A stretch of 40,068 nucleotides of DNA from Acidimicrobiia bacterium. GTDB taxonomy: Bacteria; Actinomycetota; Acidimicrobiia; Acidimicrobiales; JACDCH01. Below the pieces are notes generated by a model that searched no databases, had not been told where the DNA came from, and was given only the letters and a program-made list of their open reading frames with translations. Each line of letters begins with the position of its first letter. Position 1 is the stretch's first letter. This document shows positions 1 through 6,263 of this stretch, one piece after another. The stretch spans positions 1 through 40,068 of the forward strand of contig JACDCH010000199.1 in NCBI GenBank assembly GCA_013694495.1, read 5' to 3'. The position numbers were made by a program, and so were the translations under genes.

Positions 1-2
1 GG

Positions 3-446
3 GCACTGGCCTTCCGCTTCTTCAACGTGTTCGGCCCGCTCCAACCGGCCGGCCATGCGTATGCAGCCGTCGTCCCCGCCTTCGTCGACGCTGCCCTGGC
101 CGGGCGCAGTGTCGAGGTGCACGGCGACGGCGGGCAGACGCGCGACTTCACCTATGTCGACACCGTCTGCACCATCCTCACCCGGGCGGTCACCGAACAG
201 GTGGGCTCCGACAAGCCGGTGAACCTCGCGTTCGGGGGTCGCTACGACCTCCTCGGCGTGCTGGCCCTCCTGGAGGAGATCCTGGGGCGCCCCGTCGAGC
301 GCCACCACGTGGCGACGCGGGCCGGCGACGTGCGTGACTCCCAAGCCGATCGCACCCGTCTCGAGGCGCTCTTTCCCGGTGTGGTACCGGTGTCTCTGGA
401 CGACGGGCTGCGCCGCACGGTCGAGTGGTTCCGCACCGCCGGCTGA
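3..446 (+). CDS. NAD-dependent epimerase/dehydratase (UDP-sugar 4-epimerase-like), 5' truncated by window edge
   Basis: Frame open from base 3; FRFFNVFGPLQ, VHGDGGQTRDFTYV and RAGDVRDSQAD are extended-SDR C-terminal motifs. Confidence 0.9.
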   Translation, partial: ALAFRFFNVFGPLQPAGHAYAAVVPAFVDAALAGRSVEVHGDGGQTRDFTYVDTVCTILTRAVTEQVGSDKPVNLAFGGRYDLLGVLALLEEILGRPVERHHVATRAGDVRDSQADRTRLEALFPGVVPVSLDDGLRRTVEWFRTAG

Positions 447-464
447 GGGTGCCGCGGGCCCGGT

Positions 465-473
465 TGCTACGCT
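465..473 (+). promoter_or_regulatory. Possible extended -10 (TGCTACGCT) for the tRNA
   Basis: TGn-TANNNT 14 nt upstream of the tRNA 5' end; no clear -35. Confidence 0.3.
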
Positions 474-487
474 CGTCCTCTCCACTC

Positions 488-571
488 GGGCGAGTGGCGG
501 AATAGGCAGACGCGCTGGCTTCAGGTGCCAGTGTCCGAAAGGACGTGGGGGTTCAAGTCCCCCCTCGCCCA
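488..571 (+). tRNA. tRNA-Leu, anticodon CAG
   Basis: Acceptor stem GGGCGAG/CTCGCCC, D arm TGGCGGAATAGGCAGACGC, anticodon arm CTGGC-TTCAGGT-GCCAG, long variable arm GTCC-GAAA-GGAC, T arm GGGG-GTTCAAGT-CCCC, discriminator A571; CCA not encoded (ACAG follows). Confidence 0.97.
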
Positions 572-572
572 C
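551..572 (+). repeat. att core 1 (tRNA 3' end; left junction of element 1)
   Basis: GTTCAAGTCCCCCCTCGCCCAC, identical 22 bp at 23463-23484. Confidence 0.95.
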
Positions 573-616
573 AGCAAAAGCCCAGGTCAGGGCGTAGTCG
601 GAGGGTCGAAAACCCC

Positions 617-639
617 CGATCTCTACCGGATCTCTACCG
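617..639 (+). repeat. Tandem 11-bp repeat (GATCTCTACCG)x2, probable integrase arm-type sites
   Basis: CGATCTCTACCGGATCTCTACCG occurs identically at 23322-23344 near the other end. Confidence 0.8.
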
Positions 640-665
640 AACATTCGGTGTGAGGGAGGACGAAC

Positions 666-926
666 GTGCCAGCGAGCAAGGTCACCGACCTCCGCCAGCG
701 ACGCATCGAGCGCCTCGCTGATGAGTTGGAGCCGTACCTCCGGCGCGGCCACGTCATCGTTGAGATCGACCGTGTTCCTTCTGCTGAAGAGTGGCGCGCC
801 GCTGCCCGTCTGGCCACCAGACGCAACGGCTGGCAGGTCCGCACCGGGATGAGCCGGGGACGCGGGAGAGCGTATGCGGCGCGCGTCGACCCAGAGTTCG
901 AGCGGTCCTGGAACGGCTCGCCCTGA
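666..926 (+). CDS. Small hypothetical protein (86 aa)
   Basis: GTG start after GAGGGAGG RBS; protein-like sequence (EEWRAAARLATRRNGWQVRTG); no family recognised. Confidence 0.65.
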   Translation: MPASKVTDLRQRRIERLADELEPYLRRGHVIVEIDRVPSAEEWRAAARLATRRNGWQVRTGMSRGRGRAYAARVDPEFERSWNGSP

Positions 927-970
927 TCGATGCCGAGCGACGGAGCCGCACAAGAGCCGCCCGTTGCCCG

Positions 971-1423
971 TCAGACCAGTGGTGGCGGAGTGGGTGCGAT
1001 CAGGATCTGGGCCGTCTCGGCGATGCGCTTGCTCTGCCCCTTGCTCTTCTTCGCTCCCTGCAACGTGAAGACCATGGCGTGCTCGGGGCTGCCGTCCTTC
1101 GGGGACTTCACGATCCCCTGACCCTGGGCTCGGACATCAGCGGCGGTGACCATGGCGATGCCGTGGTCGGTGGACCATCGCAACTCGCTTGGCGTTCGTC
1201 CTGACTTCGCCACCTCCGAGTGGAGGAAGACCGACACCGCCACGGCGGGAACCCCAAGATCGGGGAGTTTGCTCTCGTTCTGGTCCTGGAAGGCGTTCGT
1301 CTGGACCCGCACTGGAGTGGTGCCGTCCCAGACGACGTGGCCCGTGGAGATCACCCGGTAGAGGACCTCGTCTCCGCTGATCGAGGCGTCGTCGGAGTAG
1401 ACGCTGCCGGGCTCGGGGGCCAC
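971..1423 (-). CDS. Hypothetical protein, possible ADP-ribosyltransferase/RES-like fold toxin
   Basis: Third gene of a co-oriented operon; motifs DEVLYRVI, NAFQD, AVSVF, EHAMV. Fold call is inference. Confidence 0.55.
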   Translation of the reverse strand: MAPEPGSVYSDDASISGDEVLYRVISTGHVVWDGTTPVRVQTNAFQDQNESKLPDLGVPAVAVSVFLHSEVAKSGRTPSELRWSTDHGIAMVTAADVRAQGQGIVKSPKDGSPEHAMVFTLQGAKKSKGQSKRIAETAQILIAPTPPPLV

Positions 1424-1436
1424 GCTGGGGTCAGGC

Positions 1437-1937
1437 TCAGCCCTGGTCGAGCAGCAGAGCGAGGGCGTCGAGGACGGGCTGCTTGACCGTTGTCAGCGGG
1501 CCCTCGACCTCCTCCCCGGTGGGCCAGCAGACCAGAGCCTCCACTACGCCACTGTTGGCGATGTCCAGCATGAGATCGACGACCTGGCTCTCCCATTCCA
1601 GAAGCACGCCGCCCTCGACCGATGCGCTGATCGACGGGATAGCGCTCGTGGGGAGGTCTGCGACGAACCGCTGGGCGATGCGGATTGAGGCGAGGCTGGG
1701 AGCAATCGCTCCGCGCCCGTCCCAGTTTTCCTCCAGAGCACCATGGGCTGCGAGCACGTGACCCACAGACAGCCCGAGCGGAGCTGCCGGTCGTGGCGCC
1801 GGCCGAGGCCGCGCGGGAGCCGTCATGACATCACGATCCGAAAGCAGGTCCCCGGTGCTGGACATCCCTCGGCCTGGCCACGGCAGGATCTCGGCCTCGC
1901 TCATCGTTGAGCCAGGGCGACCTTCGAGCAACGTCAC
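1437..1937 (-). CDS. Conserved hypothetical protein (LxxNWDGxGA motif), middle gene of TIGR04255 operon
   Basis: GTG start overlaps the upstream stop (GTGA, 1934-1937) after an AAGGAGG RBS; LEENWDGRGAIAP and PSISASVEGGVLLEW. Confidence 0.7.
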   Translation of the reverse strand: MTLLEGRPGSTMSEAEILPWPGRGMSSTGDLLSDRDVMTAPARPRPAPRPAAPLGLSVGHVLAAHGALEENWDGRGAIAPSLASIRIAQRFVADLPTSAIPSISASVEGGVLLEWESQVVDLMLDIANSGVVEALVCWPTGEEVEGPLTTVKQPVLDALALLLDQG

Positions 1938-2767
1938 GGTTCCATCCCCTCCTTGATGTCGTCTCGTTCCCAGGCGGAGTGCATCGCCGGGGTGGTCAGG
2001 TCGGCGAACCCTCGCACGATCCATTCGTGCGCTAGCTCGGCGAACCTCTGGATGCCGCCTCGTCCCTCCCCGATCGGCCGTCCTCGTGCGGTGAGGTTCA
2101 TGAGGAACACCGGCTCGGCGGCAGAGCGGCGGAACCCAGGCACGACCTTGACGTGGAGGCGACCAACGGGCTCACCTTCGTGGGTCATCACGAACTGACC
2201 GTCGGTCCGCTGTTGCTCCGGCGAACCGAGGAAGGGTCCGTCGGTGGGCCGAAGGTACGTGAAGACCTCTGTTGCCTCACTGTGGTTCGTCCACACTCCG
2301 CTTGGCTCGATGTGGTTGATGTAGGTGACCTCGACCTGGTCGTGGACGAGCCCCTTGTCTGGGGCGACGGCTGCTTCGACCCGGTCGATCCAACCGGCAA
2401 ACGCCTCCCACCGGCTTTCCCATCGGCCGTACTCCGCATCAGGTGCGACTTTGCGCCAGTTCGCTGCGAGCCAGTCCGGCTGGAGTTGGAGCAGCTCATC
2501 GCCGGTCTCGTTCAGGAACCAGTACCTGGTTGGCGGTGGGCCAGTGAGGAGTTCCAGCGAGACCTGGTCCACCACTGCTCCGGGACCGAACCTCTCGGTC
2601 GGAGCGTCGTAGCCCGGCTGCTCCTGAACCGTCCGGAACCCGAGATCCCTCAACTCGTTGCCCAACTGCCCGACCGACACCACCGAGTAGTCCGCCACCT
2701 GCTGGAACCGAGAGCCGATGACGACCTCAGTTACCGGCGGTGCCTTGAAGCTCGGAAGTGTGCTCAT
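1934..2767 (-). CDS. TIGR04255 family protein
   Basis: LPSFKAPPVTEVVIGSRF, RYWFLNETGDELLQLQPD, ANWRK, QVEVTYINHI, AHEWIVRGFADLTTPAMH; alternative start 2827. Confidence 0.8.
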   Translation of the reverse strand: MSTLPSFKAPPVTEVVIGSRFQQVADYSVVSVGQLGNELRDLGFRTVQEQPGYDAPTERFGPGAVVDQVSLELLTGPPPTRYWFLNETGDELLQLQPDWLAANWRKVAPDAEYGRWESRWEAFAGWIDRVEAAVAPDKGLVHDQVEVTYINHIEPSGVWTNHSEATEVFTYLRPTDGPFLGSPEQQRTDGQFVMTHEGEPVGRLHVKVVPGFRRSAAEPVFLMNLTARGRPIGEGRGGIQRFAELAHEWIVRGFADLTTPAMHSAWERDDIKEGMEP

Positions 2768-2849
2768 GGTGGTCAGCTCACGGTAGGGCCACTGGTGGCG
2801 TGTTGTACGTCGCAGTACGCTGCTCATGGTTCACGCTTCGTGATCCACG

Positions 2850-3164
2850 ATGCACGAACCAAGATCAGACTACTGGTGGCCCCTGGTGAAAACCGCGACC
2901 GATACCCAGGCGTTGTCCAAGCTCCTGTTCAATGCCCAACACCGGATGACCGTGGCGGCAGTGTTCGCCGGGACCAACGAGGTCCTAGGCCACGAGGAAG
3001 TCGCTAGCCGAGCGAGCGTCAGCCGCTCGGTGGCCCACAAGGAATTGGGGGTGCTGGTGCGCATCGGCGCCCTCGATCGCTTAGCGGCCCTCCGGCAGGT
3101 GAGCTACCAGCGTGCGGCGTCGCCCTTCTGGGCGTTCCTGGAGGACCTGGCCAAGCGAACGTAG
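2850..3164 (+). CDS. Winged helix-turn-helix protein, divergent from TIGR04255 operon
   Basis: HEEVASRASVSRSVAHKELGVLVRIGAL is an HTH-wing pattern. Confidence 0.65.
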   Translation: MHEPRSDYWWPLVKTATDTQALSKLLFNAQHRMTVAAVFAGTNEVLGHEEVASRASVSRSVAHKELGVLVRIGALDRLAALRQVSYQRAASPFWAFLEDLAKRT

Positions 3165-3354
3165 GAGCGCTTGCTCACCGGCCATCGGGCCGTGTCGCCC
3201 GCCAGCTAGATCGGACCACCTGAGCGCCAGCTCGATGGGACCACCCGGAGGGTGCGCTGCGGCTGGTGCCGTGGACGCACTGCTTCACCGTCGTAGGGGT
3301 GACGCCGTGTGGGTTCGAGGAATGCCTGACCCAGCAGAGTTCCGCCAAACTCGC

Positions 3355-4746
3355 TCAAACTCCGTCCCGCTGGTCCACGGCCTCGTCCGCAGCGGGCGTA
3401 GTCCCGAGGATCAGGTTGGCGATTTGGTTCGCGGCCTCGTCGTGGAGCATGGGCGACACATGGCTGTAGATGTCGAGGGTGATGCCGATGGTCGAGTGGC
3501 CGAGGCGCTCCTGGACGACCTTGGGGTGGATGCCCTGCTCGAGTGCGAGCGTCGCCCAGGTGTGACGGAGGCCCTTGAGCGTCAGCCTCGGCGAGTCGAG
3601 CGTTCGCTGCCGCCGGAGAAAGGTCGTGCTCACAGTCTCGGGGCGGAGCGCTGATCCGTCAGGGCGGTGGAAGACGAGGCCTTCGCCGGAGTGATCCGGA
3701 CCGACGAGCAGGCGCTCCTCGAGCATCCGCCGGCGGTGGTCGCGGAGCACGGCGACCGTCGCCGGGTCGAGCGAGATCGGGCGGCGGCCACGAGCAGTCT
3801 TTGGTTCGCTCACGGCGATCTTGCCGTTGATCGACAACATCGTCTGCACGACTCGGAGCCGGCCGGCGTCGAGGTCGACGTCCTGCCAGCGAAGTCCGAG
3901 CGCTTCGCCTCGGCGCATGCCGCTGGTGGCGAGCAGGACCCATAGCGCGTGGTTCCGGTCGCCCGACGACGCGGTGAACCCGAGGAACTCCTGCAGCTGG
4001 CCGGGGGTCCAGGTCCTCACGTCGTCGGCATCGACCGCGACTCGCGGCGGGTCGGCCTGGTCGACGGGGTTCTTGGCCAGGCGCTCCCACCTCACCGCGG
4101 CGCCGAAGGCCTTGTGGAGCACGACGTGGACGGCCTTGACCGTGCTCGGGTCGAGGGAGAAGGAGTTGTCGGTCTTGATCGGGTCGGCCCGGTAGGCGGC
4201 CTGTCGCCGAAGTAGGGAGGCGACCGTGTCCTTGGTGATGTGGCTCGCCTCCTCGAACTCGACCCGGAGTCGATCGGCGGTGGCCTGCAACGACATGCCC
4301 CCCAAACGCAACTCGCCGGCCCGTGCGACGACGTCGGGGGAGTAGCCTTTGCCTGTCCGCGACGGCTTCCGCCGACCACCCTCGAGGAGCTGCGTGTAGA
4401 GCGCGTTGAGGGTGCCGGCGTCGATTCGTGTGAGCCGCATCCCGCCGATATAGGGAACCACGTGGTTGCGGACCTTGGACCGGTACCCGTTCCAGGTCGT
4501 GGCCTTCAGCGTCGACCGGATCGTGACCAGCCACTCGTCGAGGAACTCGGCCACCGTCTCCTGTGTCGGTTCGACGTACACGCCCCGGTCGAACTTCGAG
4601 AGCAGGTCGATTCGAGCGCGTTCGGCCTCCCGTCTGGTCCGGTACCCGGAGTGCCACTTCGTTCGCCGCTTGCCAGTCCCCGGATCGGGGTCAAGCTCGA
4701 TCTTGACGTAGTACACGCTGTCCCGGCGGATCACAGATCCCCGCAT
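3355..4746 (-). CDS. int: Tyrosine integrase (arm-binding N-terminus, core-binding domain with HTH-like insertion, catalytic domain)
   Basis: Start MRGSVIRR at 4746 overlaps the upstream stop; GMRRGE (R), EPKTARG (K), LKGLRHT (R), LGHS (H), TLDIYSH (Y). Confidence 0.93.
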   Translation of the reverse strand: MRGSVIRRDSVYYVKIELDPDPGTGKRRTKWHSGYRTRREAERARIDLLSKFDRGVYVEPTQETVAEFLDEWLVTIRSTLKATTWNGYRSKVRNHVVPYIGGMRLTRIDAGTLNALYTQLLEGGRRKPSRTGKGYSPDVVARAGELRLGGMSLQATADRLRVEFEEASHITKDTVASLLRRQAAYRADPIKTDNSFSLDPSTVKAVHVVLHKAFGAAVRWERLAKNPVDQADPPRVAVDADDVRTWTPGQLQEFLGFTASSGDRNHALWVLLATSGMRRGEALGLRWQDVDLDAGRLRVVQTMLSINGKIAVSEPKTARGRRPISLDPATVAVLRDHRRRMLEERLLVGPDHSGEGLVFHRPDGSALRPETVSTTFLRRQRTLDSPRLTLKGLRHTWATLALEQGIHPKVVQERLGHSTIGITLDIYSHVSPMLHDEAANQIANLILGTTPAADEAVDQRDGV

Positions 4747-5438
4747 CAGTCCTCCTCGTCGCCGACCATGCCAGCGTTGGGGTCGTCGCCTTCCTCGAAG
4801 GAGTGCGACAAGAAATAGCCCTTGGGGCCAAGTTCGCGGATCTTGGTGCCGATCTCGACGAGGAACTCGGCGACCTCGTCGAGGCGATCGGACCGGTCGA
4901 CGGCGAGAGCGCTGAGACGCCTGCGCCGCCAGGTCCGGAAGTGCTGATGCCAATTGTGCGGGTGTTCGCCGTCCACAAACAGCGCGGCCTGCAGATCGGT
5001 GACCTCATCCGGGCTTGTCAGCTTGAGCTCCTGGAGCCGGTCGTCGAGATCTGCGAGCTGCCAGTCCTGCCCGAGTAGCGACACGTACACGTCGCTCGTC
5101 GGGCGGCGGGTGTCGGCCAGCTCGCCCTCGAAGTCGGGCGGGGGGAGGAAGAAGTAGGCGATCGGCACTCCGAACACGTGGGAGAGCAGGTACAGCTCGT
5201 GGGCGTCGAAGCGTCGGCGCCGGTCGCCGTCGAAGCCTCGTTCCATGGCCGAGATCGAGGCCTGGGGCAACAGGTTGCCGGTGAGTTCTGCGAGGCGTTC
5301 GGCGACCTGGGTCTGGGTCATCCCCCGCCGCTCGCGGATCGCCTTCACGTTGAACGAGACGATCGCGTTGACGTCGAGGCGGCCATCGTCGCCGTCGTCG
5401 GGTGTGTCCGTGGTTGCTCGTCGGGGGCTGCGGGGCAC
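4746..5438 (-). CDS. XRE-family HTH repressor
   Basis: NVKAIRERRGMTQTQVAERL...QASISAMERG...ELYLLSHVFGVPIAYFF; GTG start after GGAG (ATG 5444 alternative). Confidence 0.85.
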   Translation of the reverse strand: MPRSPRRATTDTPDDGDDGRLDVNAIVSFNVKAIRERRGMTQTQVAERLAELTGNLLPQASISAMERGFDGDRRRRFDAHELYLLSHVFGVPIAYFFLPPPDFEGELADTRRPTSDVYVSLLGQDWQLADLDDRLQELKLTSPDEVTDLQAALFVDGEHPHNWHQHFRTWRRRRLSALAVDRSDRLDEVAEFLVEIGTKIRELGPKGYFLSHSFEEGDDPNAGMVGDEED

Positions 5439-5444
5439 CACCAT

Positions 5445-5534
5445 CTCCAAATCTTCTCGGATGTTCTTGACAACGCTAGCACATTGCGCGAGAACTGTAT
5501 ACCGCAATGTTGTATAGCGAGGAGCAGTGTGCCA
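5445..5534. promoter_or_regulatory. Divergent repressor/xis control region
   Basis: AT-richer; TTGACA 5467-5472; inverted repeat ACATTGCG (5481-5488)/CGCAATGT (5503-5510); direct repeat TGTATA(C/G)CG at 5496 and 5511. Confidence 0.6.
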
Positions 5535-5750
5535 ATGTTCGATGATCTCCCCTACCTCCTGACGGTCGAGCAGGCCGCCCAGGTCCTCCAGATCGGCCGG
5601 TCGAAGGCCTACGAGCTCACCGTCGAGTACGAGCGCAGCGGTGGGCGCTCCGGTCTGCCGTTCATCTGGGTCGGCAACCAGAAGCGCATCCCCCGCGTCG
5701 AACTCGTCGCGTACGTCGAGCGCCAGCTCCTCCGCCCGCCCGCCGCCTGA
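5535..5750 (+). CDS. xis: Excisionase / HTH_17 DNA-binding protein
   Basis: MFDDLPYLLTVEQAAQVLQIGRSKAYEL...LPFIWVGNQKRIPR; GAGGAG RBS upstream. Confidence 0.85.
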   Translation: MFDDLPYLLTVEQAAQVLQIGRSKAYELTVEYERSGGRSGLPFIWVGNQKRIPRVELVAYVERQLLRPPAA

Positions 5751-6163
5751 TGGCAGCGCCGTCGGCGGGGTCGACGCCAGTCCTGATCGGACCGGCAGCG
5801 GCCCCACTTCGTCGCGCGCTCTCCGCCTCCGCGTGGGTCGCGCTCGAGTGTCTTGTCGCCCGTTCCCACCCGCGTCCGAGCGGCCGGGTGGTCGAGATCG
5901 GCGTTCGCAACCTCGCCGCCGAACTCGGCGGCTCCAAGAACACCGCCCAACGCGCCGTGGTCGCGCTGACCGAAGCCCGGTTGCTTACCGCCGACCACGC
6001 CCGAGCCGACGACGGCACCTTCCGGACCACCCGCTACCTCCTCCACCTCCCCACCGATGTCCTCGACTCCGTCCCGCCCCGACGACCAACCAGGCGAACG
6101 GGCCCGACCAACTCGAGCGACATCACCGCCGAGCCCACGCAGCTCTCACTGCTCGGCACCTGA
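5750..6163 (+). CDS. Winged HTH protein (possible replication/relaxosome accessory)
   Basis: TGATG coupling to xis; IGVRNLAAELGGSKNTAQRAVVALTEARLL...GTFRTTRYLL. Confidence 0.7.
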   Translation: MAAPSAGSTPVLIGPAAAPLRRALSASAWVALECLVARSHPRPSGRVVEIGVRNLAAELGGSKNTAQRAVVALTEARLLTADHARADDGTFRTTRYLLHLPTDVLDSVPPRRPTRRTGPTNSSDITAEPTQLSLLGT

Positions 6164-6263
6164 CCACCCACCCGATCAACCCTCCCCACCGAGGAACCCC
6201 GATGACCCACCGAACCCATCAACACGACAGACAGGTGCCCGCCGGCGGCGAGGGAGCGAACCC

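Noticed and set aside
1097-1106. CTTCGGGGAC spacer core inside element 1
   Set aside because: Lies within coding sequence with none of the companion motifs; likely chance.
3355-6163. Prophage
   Set aside because: The int/repressor/xis switch is phage-like, but there are no terminase, capsid, tail or lysis genes and a relaxase follows.
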